This document shows positions 12,200 to 25,354 of a stretch of 64,000 nt of DNA, piece after piece (positions within the stretch are counted from its first letter, which is position 1; the number at the start of each line of letters is the position of its first letter). Below the pieces are notes generated by a model that was not told the origin of the DNA, ran no database searches, and saw only the letters and a list, made by a program, of their open reading frames with translations. Source of the stretch: Botryllus schlosseri (taxonomy: Eukaryota); the NCBI GenBank assembly GCA_051294905.1, contig CM119372.1, forward strand, positions 24,430,001 through 24,494,000, in the 5' to 3' direction. A program made the position numbers and the translations under genes.

Positions 12200-15100
12200 C
12201 AGACATGGGGTAATCGCGATTAGTAATCGTAATCGATTACGACGATTACAGCATTTTCCAGTAATCGTAATCGCAATCGAGTAAATTCGAAAAAATTCCG
12301 AAGTAATCGTAATCGTAATCGACTACTTCCCATATCTAATCGATTTCTCTGTGAAAGAACGATTACTTTTTATTTTTGCAAGGACTGTGACATAAACTGA
12401 ACATTCGTGAACAAGGAAGAGATATTATACCAGGCTCGTGACAGCACAAACGTCTGATTTTCAAACGCCACAGCCCATTATTACGTCAGAAGCAGCCTAT
12501 TAGCTTTGCGCGTCATTGCGTAAGAAGTATCCACACTAAATAGATATTCGATGTACGTACGTCGTACATTAGTGTCATTGTAAGAACACCCGCCGTGCTG
12601 TATATCAGGTTATCAACACGTTCCACACGCCACTACCTCTCAGCAGTATAATTTATCTCCGCTCTGCCTAGTTTAAAATAGTAACTTATGGGTTGATGTT
12701 TGGTTATGCTTATGCTTAGTTAAACGCAATTTGACCGTAGCTGCTTGGCGAGCAGTAGGCCTATCTAGTACGTACGTACCAGTGTTGGGATCAAGTCACT
12801 ACCTTCGAGTCACGAGTGATTTCGAGTCATTGCACATTTTGACTCGAGTCAAGTCAAGTCAATCGATTTTCGAAAGTGACTCGAGTCAAGTCAAGTCAGT
12901 CAATTTTTGGAGGTGACTCGAGTCAAGTCAAGTCACGAGTCAAGTCACAATTCAAGTCAAATGGCCATTTTGAGGTATGAGGCGTGATTACGTCATTGTA
13001 TTTTGCTAGCTGTTTAAATTAGGAGTGAGTGGTCATTGATTTTGAACCGATGAACGAATATAGAGTTAAATATACACGCAAGTAAGGCGCTGTATCGCTC
13101 ACATATAAGTAGAACTAATAAACTACGTGGTAAGTAATTGCACAGCCTCAGTTTATAGTTCCCAGTAAAAATAGAGATAAGATGCGATACATTACCCTTT
13201 TGCAAATTGATATGATACAATTCGAGTCTGCGTCAATGGTTGAGGAGTGTACAAACTATTTTCGAATTCAATTTCAATAAAACAAGAGGTTTGGTTAAGT
13301 TAAAAACACAAAACATAAATAGACATTTTGCTATTAGATTACTTTACTATACTATAATTTACAACAACGTAGGCTGTAAGCTTCGATCACTTCGTTTGCG
13401 ATCAATATTTTGTGAGAGAACAATGGAGGCTCAGTAAAACCCACGATCATTGAATGATTGGACGCTCTCACTGGTTACACCGGCCTTGCGCGAACAATCC
13501 GAACATATGCAAGATACAGTGATTTTTATCGAGACCGATTACTTGATGACTTGAAATTGACTCGTGAATTTTGCTCCGAGTCACGAGTCAAACCACATTT
13601 CTATTACGCCGAGTCAAGTCAAGTCAAGTCATTTTAGCAAAGTGACTCGAGTCAAGTCAAGTCATACGAAAAAATGACTCGAGTCTGACTCGAGTCAAGT
13701 CATGACTCGAGTCATCCCAACACTGGTACGTACACCGGACAAAGATTTGAAATTTTGTACTCGTCAAATAAAACATTGCGATTTCCATAACGAAGCAGTA
13801 AAAATCAACAGCTGGATATATATATATATCAGAACCGACCCTGTTTTGCCGTTTCTCGTAACGGCAGCTTGCAGTACAATATCTGTATTAAGTTGAAGGC
13901 AGAATTTTATGTTCGCTTCGTCTTATTCTCACATGACTCTACTTGAAACGGGCGCCAATCGTTATTTCACAATTCTTTACTCAACATTGGGACCTGCCGC
14001 CATGGCCATGGGCTTATATATCATGTTAGCATGAGTTGTAGCTGGAATCAGGACAAAAACAGCAATTCGTCCCCCAGTCTTTGGCCCCCATAGGGTGGTC
14101 ATCGCAAGTTTAAGACTGAATTTCGTCAATAATTGCATTATATTACTATTAATTTTTATTCCTTTCTCCGCCCCCGATGGTCAGATTTACCTGTAGAGTT
14201 TGTAATCTTGGTGTTTGTCGACTACAACGGTCAGTTACACCAGGTCGATTTTCTGCATTCTGCACCCAATGGCGTTGCAGCCGTGGATTATACCACTGCG
14301 CTATCTCGCCACACAATTACCTACATGTAGAGCTGGGGGCACGTAATTCATAATTATAACATCTGGTATCTTGTTATAATTACTTTAGTGTATGTTGCTA
14401 ATTCGTGACCTCCGGTTTGTTATATAATCAAACGATATTGTAGTGGCTCAAGCGTAGCAGACTAAAAGAAAAACTTTCGTGAGACGCACAAACAAATTGT
14501 TATGTCTCTATATCTGACTGCATGTCTAGCAACTCAAGTTGTAAATTACCAGGGTCAGTGGCCACATTAACTACATTAGAACTTGAAAACATTTTCATCA
14601 TGGGCAAAAAAGCATTCATTCCGTCAATGCGGCCGTTGAACTTAACAATCAAGTCAAATGATATATTGGTTTGATGGTCAGATAGCGTTGTAAAACGTGT
14701 TGTAACACCACCTGCACTTAATTAAGTCTGATGATGAGCAGACTTAAATTTGAGTAACGATCCAAACGCATTTGAGTGTGAGCAAACTTTTTGACGTGAG
14801 TTGAGTAACGAAATCGTTGTTGAGTAGAGAATCGCAACTCGGCAGCAAAGAAATTGGTCTCCACCCTTAATTATTAACTCCAGATTCCAAGCCAACCAAG
14901 TGTAATTTTTGAATATCAATTTTTTTGTTTTTATAAATTGATTTTATAATATTTTTGTTGGATTTTCCAACGTCAATGGGAGCCGCAAGTAGGCAAGCTC
15001 GGAGCCGCGGTTGGGAATCACTGATCTAGAGAGGATTTTCAAGTTAATTAGATCTCTCGATAATACGCTATAACTTATGTTGGTTTACGAAATACTTTTT

Positions 15101-15510
15101 GAGTCCCCTTCGAGCTCGCTCTCCACCCTATTTGGAAATTTGGTGTGCGGCAATTATGGCCCTGGCAAGAATGCAAATCATTGGGCGCGATAAATTGACC
15201 TCTATAAAAATGGGCAATGGGTACATTATCACGTAACAAGAAAATGATGCATCTCTTTTAAGTTTAAGTTTTAAGTTTTTAAGGAAGTTTGTTATCTCAT
15301 TAGGCCACTTCAGCGCAATCCATATATTGTCTTCCAACATAGCTTCTAAGATCCAAAACAGATGTAATCGTGAGTAATCGTGATTACTTTTCCAATGTAA
15401 TCGTAATCGACTACTTCCTGATTTTGCTGTAATCGTAATCGTAATCGCGTCATTCAGAAGTAATCGTAATCGCAATCGATTACAATCATGAAGTAATCAC
15501 CCCATGTCTG
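12200..15510. mobile_element. 3.3-kb hAT-type non-autonomous element with (GTAATC)n subterminal repeats
   Basis: TIRs CAGACATGGGG / CCCCATGTCTG. 8-bp TSD CTTGGAAG (12192-12199 and 15511-15518). Confidence 0.88.
12780..13725 (+). mobile_element. hAT-type MITE (GACTCGAGTC/CAAGT repeat family) nested in 12200-15510
   Basis: TIRs CAGTGTTGGGAT / ATCCCAACACTG. 8-bp TSD GTACGTAC. Confidence 0.9.
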
Positions 15511-15658
15511 CTTGGAAGTCCCTACTTCTATTTGTACGTGAGTAGAAATTTTGACGTTATATAATTCTGCGCTTCGACTGCAATACAAACGATGACAGTT
15601 TTGACCACCCCTGCCTGTTAGCTATAAGAAATATATCCATATTCCCAGTCGCAGATTA

Positions 15659-17031
15659 CACTCGTCAACAAAATGAAAAACAATTTTGGCAGAATATCTA
15701 AGAGTCGTTTCAGCGAATTTCAATATTGCTGATGATGAATATCACATTAGTATTGTCAGATTGACTCTGTTTTAGGAGATACGCACCCCTAAAAAGCCGA
15801 AATTATTGTATTTACCCCCTCAATATTTAACTTGGTAGGCAGTAAATAGTAGCTTTTTTACCTTTATAAGGGGCATAAATAGATAATTGACTACACGTAA
15901 CCCTCATGTCGTTATTCGATAAATATGAACATGACCTGATGCGAGATCTTTGCTTGTCAAATCAAGGGGTTTGCCAAGCCTAAAAATTGGAATTTTTACA
16001 ACGACAATGCATTTTCCAGTAGCAGTTGGTCATTCTACCACGATGAAAGAGGAATATAAAGCTATAAAATTTCTCCTTGAAAAGCTTAAGTAAAATACTC
16101 GTATGCGTTCCATCTCTTTTGACTTGTAGATGGACAAATTCGTGCTGCGCCAACAAAGTGGGCCTGCATACCTAGTGTCTTCATCAAACGTGAAGCGTAA
16201 AGCTGGTGTCTTTGATGGACCTCGGATATTCGAATACGAATTAAACATTCTAATAAAAAGAGCTTAGTGCATGGACTTCCATCAGGTCAAGGGTATAGGA
16301 AAAAAACTTTTGGACGATAACAAAGAACCCGACTACTAACAGTTGGTCGAAAAATTGGTGTCTGCATATGGAAACCTTGAAGGAAACATGAACACCAAAG
16401 TTCACCTCCTGTCCAGTCATCTTGGTATTTCCTGGTCATGTTGATGTTTAGAGTGACGGGTAAAGGGAAATGTTCCAACAAGACATCAAAAACACGAAAG
16501 AAAGATACCAGGGCAGATGAGATGAACATATTATGGCAGACTACTGCTGGAAACACGTTTAAAGAATACGCTAAATTGCTTACAAGTGAAAATCATATAC
16601 GAAACTATTTTGTTTCAAGATGAACTATTATTATTATATTCCAACTGATTATTCTAAATTTACAATAGGTGGTTGACATAAAACTAATTAAATCATTGCA
16701 ATTTTATTTTATTGTTTAGCTACATATAATTGGAGTTTATTTATGTACATGATATCCGTGAAAGTCTCCAACTAGGGTAAATATAATACCCCTAAATATA
16801 ATGATGTTATTGTATTTTGTTTCAAAACAGTCGCCATCGTATAAAAATACCATATAGATTGAATTCCTGAACTTTATCATACGATTGAGCGGTTTTTTCA
16901 TCAGCCTCATGGGTTATCTCCAGAACAAGAGCCCATTTGAAAAAAGTAAGGCCATATTCGAAATAAGTGCCCTGCAGAACCCCCCCAAACCACTCTTATT
17001 TTGTCTGCCTAAATATATGTGTTGACCAGTG
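15659..17031 (+). mobile_element. Chapaev3-like (CMC) DNA transposon deletion derivative with transposase C-terminal remnant
   Basis: Termini CACTCGTCAAC / GTTGACCAGTG with a TTA TSD. The decayed remnant NMNTKVHLLSSHL...FQQDIK..ERYQGR*DEHIMADYCW lies at about 16260-16560. Confidence 0.78.
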
Positions 17032-17326
17032 TTATGGTTCTCTGACTCCCTAAACTACCACTACCATGCTGCGACTTCAATTTCAAATCTAATGGCCGAT
17101 AACAGGTATACCTTTCAAAGTATGATATCGACTCGATAGTATTAGCGAATGGATGATTCGTTGGACTCAAATTGTAACTATTGATTAGTAGGGTTCAGAT
17201 TTGAAAAAAATGTCGGGAAACTTCGGATCTACCCTCCCAAATGATGGTTTAGCTTTAGTACATAAAACACTTTAACGCTTTTTGTTCATTTTTATTGTGA
17301 TCCCTTCTCCCTTCAACGCCCAAAAG

Positions 17327-17381
17327 ATCAAGAGGCAACTCTACTTATTATTGGGGATTTCCCAAAACTGTAGAGATCTTC
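17327..17381 (+). CDS. Candidate exon starting the fibrinogen-like/intelectin domain
   Basis: Ends aac tgt aga gat ctt cg|gtaaca (NCRDLR, like intelectin RSCKEIK). The acceptor and the frame link to neighbouring exons are unresolved. Confidence 0.45.
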
Positions 17382-17689
17382 GGTAACATAATTGTGCTAA
17401 TGGTACGCCTACATATCGGTCATTTGACAAGGAAATTGTTTCATTGATAAATCGACAAGATAACCAATCTTCCACAGAATGGAGTTCCGATCACGTATGC
17501 TCAGCAAAGGTGGTTGCTGTTTGCCCCGGCCATATCTGAAGGATGACTTGGGATTTTCATTTATCCACCACAATTCCTAAACGGATCTTAACCACGGACA
17601 TTCAAAAGGCCTACATGCGACGTGATATCACAAAAAATAGCAGGGAGCTTTTGCCTAGTCAGGAAAATTTAGCAGATTCTCAATTTTAG

Positions 17690-17991
17690 AGCAACGTATT
17701 TCAAACATACTGCGACATGAGCACAGATCATGGAGGTTGGACCCTTGTCGCTTCTGTTCATGAAAACTACATGAAGGGAAGATGTACGGCTGGTGACAGA
17801 TGGTCAAGTGAGCAAGGTTATGGCGTGAATATCAACGGTGACGGCTTCTGGGAAAACAGGGCCATCCACGGTTCACCTGCTACGGCGACCAGTGACGATT
17901 ACAAAAACTATGCTTACTTCACCATGAACGCTAGTGACATCATGATTTGGCAAGTACCGAACGACACCCCAATGCCGAGATTCGAAAGCAG
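17690..17991 (+). CDS. ITLN: Intelectin-like lectin, internal exon (fibrinogen-like domain)
   Basis: VFQTYCDMSTDHGGWTLVASVHENYMKGRCTAGDRWSSEQG...ATSDDYKN...IWQVPN matches the intelectin signature. ttttag acceptor and ag|gtgcgt donor. Confidence 0.92.
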
Positions 17992-18902
17992 GTGCGTTGT
18001 GACTTGCGAATCGGGTTGCATTTAAAGCTAGAAGTGTTTAAAAACGTATTGTTTCCATCATTCGACATCTCAAATAAAGTTATATAACTAAAAGTCGGGG
18101 TTGGGTATAGTATGAACCTACAGACTACTTGCAGTATAAATAGCAGACGTAACGTTAATGAGCCATCGACATCATCGTCCGTTCGCCAGTTATTATTATT
18201 ATGATTATTAGTATTATAAAAATTTATAGCTGTGCTTATCTCTCATAGGGGACTTGTGCGTCACGGTCGGTAATTACCTTCTGGTATAAGTTACTTCGAA
18301 ACATAATTCAGCTTTTACTATACGGGTCGAAATTGAAGGAATATATTACACGATGTCACAAACTCGACAACAGGGGTTAATACCTCAGGCCGGACTAAGC
18401 GGTTATAATTTGTGAATGAAATGTTACGATTATGGGTTCAGCAGCCATATCAGGCTGGTTAGTGGTTATACAATACATCACTTGAACCGAATAGATGTTC
18501 AGATGATGATGAAAGCAGGCCCTAAAATGCCGCATGATGAGTTAGTTCTGGTTCAGGATATTCTTTGTTCCGTGTAAAATGGACGGTCTGGAGCCATTTT
18601 TGTATAAGGAGCCATACCGGACCTATGTATATTTACAATTGCAATTCCCAAAGAGCCACATAACAATGTTGAACAACTGTGACGTCACGTTGGAATATTC
18701 CCGAGTTCATATCTTATGTTTTATATATATATATTGGTATAAGCCTACCCCTTTTATATAATTGTCACTTATCCATGACGTCGGTGAACCGGAAGAATTA
18801 CCAAATGAAGACGGTGATGAAGACCCTGCGACTCTTTAGAGTAGCGTGGATAGAGTCTTGAATCACCTTAAGAGTGGGACGACTTTGCAAAGCTGTCCAT
18901 GG

Positions 18903-19803
18903 CAGTTTTGGGATGACTCGAGTCATGACTTTTTCTTATGACTTGACTTGACTCGAGTCATTTCACAAAAATGACTTGACTTGACTTGACTCGGCGCTTC
19001 AGAAATGTGGATTGACTCGTGATTCGGAGCAAAATTTACGAGTCATTTTCAAGTCATTAAGTAAACGGTGTCGATTAAATCACTCTATCTTATGTATGTC
19101 GGAGTTGTTCACGATACGCCGGCGGCACTTGTGAGAGCAACGAGTCATTCACGGATTGTACGTTGTACTGCTCCTCCATTGCTACATCACAAATAAATTG
19201 ACCGCAACGACCACAGCTTACGTTGCAGTTCTGGATTAATCTAATAGCAACATCTTCGTTTCTTTGACGGCGCAGTGCTTACATTGTGCAGTGCTCACCT
19301 GTACCAACACTCTTGTATGATTTATATCGAACAAATATAGTATATGACCTTATATTCTCACGGATGGGTAGTGTATTGTACCACATCAATTTGTTCAACT
19401 TCTGGAGGCTTCGTATTCGATCCTCTATCATATTTGCTGATAATAACAGACTGCAGCATGTAGCTGTAGAGTTACTCACGTATTTTATTAGCAGTTCTAT
19501 ACACGTGTGTGTGAGCGATACAGCACCTTTTTGCATGCATATTTAACTTTATATTTGTTATTTGATTCAAGATAAATGGCCAATTAATCTGTCCTTCACC
19601 ACGTTAGCAAAATGTAATGACTTTGCGTCATCACTCATACTCCGAAAATTCAATTCGACTCGAATCGTGACTTGACTCGTGACTTGACTCGACTTGACTC
19701 GAGTCACCTCCAAAAAATGAGTGACTTGACTTGACTCGAGTCAAAATGTACAATGACTCGAGATGACTCGTGACTCGAAGGTGGTGACTTGATCCCAACA
19801 CTG
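18903..19803 (-). mobile_element. hAT-type MITE, inverted copy of the 12780-13725 family, in an intelectin intron
   Basis: TIRs CAGTTTTGGGAT / ATCCCAACACTG. 8-bp TSD GTCCATGG. Confidence 0.9.
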
Positions 19804-20213
19804 GTCCATGGTGCAGGATGACCTATTCATGTATAACATTGATAAGAATGTGGGGAAGGTCATCAAGCAGTTGTTGCTCTATGCAACGCAATCTGCCATA
19901 AAGTCATCTCACTGTTTTCCTCGAGGGAATATATCTCTTGAATAGCCTACAAGAAACATACCTCTCAAGCAATGCACGCCCTGTACTAGCGACCCACTGT
20001 ATTGTTAATTCAAGTGTTGTTTTCTTCTATGAAATCATGGCTAAAAGGAGGGAGCATGAATGAGACAAAGGGGCAAAGTGTTCGTTTTAAAGTTTTTTGA
20101 ATGGTTAAAATGAAACCCTGCTTGTGAGTGCGTGACTCAAGACAAGTTTTCATTATATTGTGATTTGTGGTATTAGCTGTATGCAACATGTAACGAAATC
20201 GCATTTGTTACAG

Positions 20214-20437
20214 TTCTTTCCTAAAATTTCACACAACCAGCGGGTTTCTGAACGAGCTTGGTGGAAATCTCCGGTCTTTGTTCTCAAACCATTACAACAT
20301 CAAAGCAGGAACGTATCTGCCAAACCTGGGCAACGGACCCACAATTTCTATTTCCTGGGACAGGGGAAGCAATGAAGAATTATTGGAGTTTTTTTCCTCC
20401 AAATGTCAAAGCTGAGGTTGACGCTGGGTTTGTACAG
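20214..20437 (+). CDS. ITLN: Intelectin-like exon with a +1 frameshift in a T7 run (20389-20395)
   Basis: FLKFHTTSGFLNELGGNLRSLF...NGPTISISWDRG is in one frame and FPPNVKAEVDAGFVQ is in the next. ttacag acceptor and cag|gtaagc donor. Confidence 0.85.
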
Positions 20438-20701
20438 GTAAGCTGCAACGCCCCTTATTGCGCATATGGTGTCACGTGCGCATATGGCGTCACACACATG
20501 TTGGAAATCCTGCGTACAATGATGTGTCATTACCTCGTGTCTGGTGGTATATCGTATGCAAGACAAGCCAGCGAACACAAATCGAACTTCCAACTGAATA
20601 TTGTGTACCGTGTACATTGTATCGTAGACTTGTCACGTATCGTGAGAATGTTCGTAGACTATGCAGAGGATTTTTTTGAAATAATTCTCCCATTTCTTCA
20701 G

Positions 20702-20920
20702 TTTCGTGCCATAAACCATGAGCGCAACGCATTTGCTTTATGCCCCGGAGTAAAAATGAAATCCGGTAAAGCGAATGCAGAGCACGTATGCATTGGAAGC
20801 ACTGGTGAAACCCGGACGGATTGCTACTGCGGCGACTTTGCCGGAAGATATTGTGATGATGTCAACTGGCAATTGAACGAGCGGCTAGTCAGCTCAGTGG
20901 TCATGATATTTTATAGATAA
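20702..20920 (+). CDS. ITLN: Intelectin-like terminal exon (carbohydrate-binding region)
   Basis: FRAINHERNAFALCPG...NAEHVCIG...CGDF...SSVVMIFYR* matches the intelectin C-terminus (FRVFNNER..ALC..NTEHHCIG..CGDF..LLFYR). Confidence 0.92.
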   Translation, partial: FRAINHERNAFALCPGVKMKSGKANAEHVCIGSTGETRTDCYCGDFAGRYCDDVNWQLNERLVSSVVMIFYR

Positions 20921-21179
20921 GAGGTGTGTTGAATATATTCGTTCTAGAAAATACCATTGATATATTTTTATGTCTATTAATGGCACATTTACAGTGGCGA
21001 TTATCGCGTTTTTTAGGCTTTGTGCACCACGACACGAATATTTGTAATGTTCCTATGTCTTTGCCTTTCGTAATCTTGAGCACGTCTTTCACGAATTCTA
21101 CAACTCAGACGTCAGTCACTCTCGCTCCCATGCGCCCCCATCGTGGTCTTCGCTGCCGACTTCGCTGCTCACTTTCAGA

Positions 21180-21766
21180 ATAGAAATTAAACATGGAACG
21201 GCAACGACTGATTTTGCAGCTTCGTTCCGCTTCGCTGAGGCTGAAAGGTAGAATAGTTTTGCGTAAGCGACTGTAGGATTTCGGGCAATCCAAAAGCTAT
21301 CTTCCCGAGCGCAGAAATTACTGGATCTGGTCTTGATCAAAAGCTACTGTTGTACCGATTCCGAAAATATAAATTAAAATATGATCAGGCACTGACCCAC
21401 CTAGAATCCGTTCTCCAAGTCTGAAATATCGGCATTGTTCGAACAATCGGAGAGTCGCAACGGGTCATTGTTATGGCCATTGTGTCGCGGTTACCCGATT
21501 GTTCTGAGCAATGCACATTTCAGATGTTGAGGGTGGTTTTTCGTCAAAGACTGGAGCGTGACCATATTTTCATTCATATTTTTGGAATGAGTGCGACAAT
21601 AGCTTTCGATCAAGACCAGATTCAGTAATTTCTGCGCTCTGGAAGATAACTTTTAGATTGCCAGAAATCCTACAGTCGCTTACGCAAAACAATTCTACAC
21701 TCCAGCCTCAGCGAAGCGGAACGAAGCTGCAAAATCGGTCGTTGCCGTTCCATGTTTAATTTCTAT
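21180..21766. mobile_element. Foldback MITE, palindromic over nearly its whole length
   Basis: ATAGAAATTAAACATGGAACGGCAACG is inverted at the other end. Flanks ACTTTCAGA / ACTTTCAGT look like a 9-bp TSD (8/9). Confidence 0.82.
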
Positions 21767-21798
21767 ACTTTCAGTATTGGCTTTTCAATGCATTACGG

Positions 21799-22665
21799 TA
21801 GGGGTGGTGTAAACGTGAGGTTCACGTTCGCGTTCTGTGTGTGAACCTCGGAAATTTAGAGGTTCGCGTTCACAAACGAACCTTGGTTGGTTCTGCACTG
21901 TGAACCTTTTTCATATATTACAATTTCACTTCATTATAACATCGTTGGTTGAAATTTATTGCATTTCAACTGCGGGCAACTCTATGCATGGCGCTGGCAG
22001 CATAAAAAAATCAACACTAAACGAGCATGGACCTTGAAAATTTCAAAATTCTACTTGCTTTGTTACAAAATTTCGCTCGAAATATCCAGCTTTCCGTTTG
22101 TGAATATTTAGTGACTCTCTGCTGTGAGGTTGACCCGCAATCACACATCATCAAGAGCGAAATACACTACATGTAGATGTAGGTAGTCAGCAAATGATGC
22201 TTATTCAACCAATCAATGTAATTTTATCGTATTCTGGGGTAAAAAATTTGGCAGGCGTACTGGGTCAATCTTGATTCCATATGTTTATTGTATCATAAAA
22301 ACCAAATCCGTGCAATTGTGGTGTTGGCTATTGCTGCATAACTTGTTTATGGGGCAATGTCAGTAGAAAGTATAGAAGCCCGTTCTACACTCTGCTCAAT
22401 ATCAACGAAGCAAGCCCCAGTTGATACATTTGGAGACATTTAATACGTCAATATGTACTTCAGCTTTGTGGAATTATAGGGCCCGAGTCGTCGCTAGGTA
22501 TCGTCTTCAATTAATGTGGGCTATGACTTCACTGAAATTTAGGGTTGGAATTAGCAATATGACCCACGTGATGTCATGAGGTTCACATTCGTATTCACAC
22601 AGAACCTTTCAAAAAGGTTCGCGTTCACACGAACCTGAACCTTTCAGAGGTTCACACCATCCCTA
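21799..22665 (+). mobile_element. MITE-like element with GGTTC/GAACC subterminal repeats
   Basis: Termini TAGGGGTGGTGTAAAC / GTTCACACCATCCCTA. Other copies at about 3040-3928 and 61510-62491. Confidence 0.78.
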
Positions 22666-25354
22666 CACTATACGGTAGTAGTCAGATCAGCGATGAGGAG
22701 CCTGTTGCTATGTATGAAACGTGTCGAATTATTGTATCGAAATATTGAAACACATATCACGTGGAAGTGTTGTTGTAGATTTGAATTGATTTTCTCGTGT
22801 CTGCTTGGAGGTTGAAGATGAGTGATCGGCATTCTGCGAACCAAAATGACCACAAACAGGGTAGACATAAAGGGTATTATCCCTGTCTCAAGGCAGGTCT
22901 AATGCAATGTCATTCGGCGAAACAATCATGTCAACTGCGTAGTTCATGGACTTTAGATTTCATAAAGTAAAAAGTAGTTTTAGGATATCCTTGCATCGCG
23001 ATTTTGATCGGCCCGCGAACAGTTATCTGTAAATCAGAACATAAAACCTACTTTTGAATGTTAATCCGTGGAATAGGATGATAGGCTGTGTATACGGAAC
23101 CGGACATTCGTTCACTATGCAGCCTGTTTATTTGTTTGTAGCGATTACGTTTAGCCTACGTACGTCATATAAGTGATACAGATTCAAAATACAGCCACTG
23201 TATAGTAAAGTGTGCCGTGACAATTAAAGCAACAATATAAGTCACTGTTTCATATAGTTCCATTCAAACCTTCTTTGTTGCCAGTGTCACATTTACACAC
23301 TTTGTGCTTCAAATTGGTACGTGATACGTTTCCAATTCCTGAATCAAGTCCACCAGGGTTGGAACCGTCCTTTTAGTTTGTGGCGAGCAGGTCACCACGG
23401 AGTATAATTGAGGTCGGTATAATGGCAAAAACACGAAGACAGACATTGGGCTAAAGGAGGACAAATTTCGGAGGCACTGCTAGTTTCCATCAACAACAAA
23501 GCATATTTTACCAAGTTGCACACTGCTCGGGAAGCAGCGACCAAGACAAGCTTTGTAGTATCCTAAATACACGTTATTGTATTAATAAAAAAAGAATCTA
23601 TATGTGGGGGGGGGGTTAAAAAGAGTTTAAAATGTATCATGCGAATAAATATTATTTTTGTTAATTTACCGACACTTTCCCATTGCCTAATATCAGTAAA
23701 TCCATTAAGAACCATGTATTTACATTGTAATTCACTGTTTTCAATTTAGAAATACAATTGAATACGCCACAGAATATAGATTTTTGACTCGGCCCGCCAA
23801 CGAATTTTCTGCTTTGGCCTGCGGGGAAAATTATTGCCCACCCCTGCCTAAAAGTGTGCGATCCCTCGATTTCGATACTACTTTAGTCGAGTACTTCGAG
23901 TACTTTTCTACTTTAGTCGCAACGCAAAGTAAATATACCACCGATGCCACCGATGTGTGTGGCTAAGTCTTTGAGTTCTGCGTTTACGAACTTGAACAAG
24001 ATACGTTTGTTGCTATTACAAATAAAAATGTCAACATTGAAACCAGAATTTCACAGCACATAAGTCATAGGATCGCTTAAATCGTTCGTACATGATACAT
24101 ATCACATATAGAGCCAAACAGTCAGCTCCATGAGTGACATGCGACCAATGACACCAAGGGTAGGCCTGCTCAGAATAACAGTTACTCACTCAACAACGAA
24201 AGAGTCGTAGACCGAGCACCACATATTCTTCCGCGTATCATCAGGAAATCACTCCCGTACCACAGGTTGAGAACCACCGATATTAGAGAATACGCATTAC
24301 CGGCTTGGAATAAGTTTCTGGCTTCATTGTTGCGGATATATCTCTGGAAACGGGCACACACGATTATAGAACCAAATTAAGTTGTACTTTATTATATTTA
24401 CCGAATCATTATGTTCCACTCTCATCCATACTTTGAACAAACACGGAGAATGTGTCACCTTCGCCCGAAAGGAGTCCTGCAATCCTATTGTTCCGTTGGA
24501 CTATGAATGTCAGCCAATGAAACTCACCCGCACATTCCGCAACTTCCTGATCGTATATCTCATATTATATGATGATGTTATGTCAACAGTAAGAAGGAAA
24601 CATCTCGTACAATAAACCAAACATGGCACATGTAGCTATTCTGACATGAAAAAAGTAGATAGGCCTATATAGACGATACTCTGGACTGACGTTTCAATAA
24701 AAGTATGCAAAGCATCTTATTAGACATCCAACTCCATTCTGCCTAGTGGTTTGGATTAAACATACGTAAGTTGCTTCAAAAACGTTCTCACAAATATTGT
24801 GCAGTCGGTGTTTGCGCGCAATTCAATGGGTATGTTATGTTCATCTATCCAGTTCATACATGCACATACTAGAGCAGTGGTTCTTAAACGGTGTTCCATA
24901 CAACACTATGGGCTCCGTGCGCCAGTTTCAGGCGTTTCGCTGGATGTCACTCACTCCACTCAAACATATATGATTTGTGATGATACGCACGTCTTGATCA
25001 TCATAGGCCCGGCCACTAGTCGAAATTTTTATTGTGATTGTGAATGGAGAATCGTGTTGTTTTGATTCGTCGTGTGCAGCGGCGTCCGCAGGGGAGGTTG
25101 CAGTTTGAAATAGATACATTTTCCTGAAATGCCAATTCCATCTCCAATACGGATAAGCTATTTGTAATTAGGCGATTGGTATCGCGCTGTTGCGTTTTGA
25201 CCGAACAATATTATAACACTCGCATTTCTAAACTGGTATCTGAGTGGGAATATCAGAATTGAAACTGATTTGGAATAAATATTCATTAAAATATTTTCGT
25301 TTTGTGTGAAAATTAAAATTTGATGGTGAGGTTCTTTTAACACTCTGCTTATGC

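Noticed and set aside
12780..13725. GACTCGAGTCAAGTC and GTAATC repeat clusters as CRISPR-like arrays
   Set aside because: There are no regular unique spacers. They are subterminal repeats of TIR/TSD-bounded elements in eukaryotic DNA.
20258..20920. The 220-aa ORF as a single-exon protein
   Set aside because: It joins a wrong-frame start, part of an exon, a GT-AG intron and the last exon.
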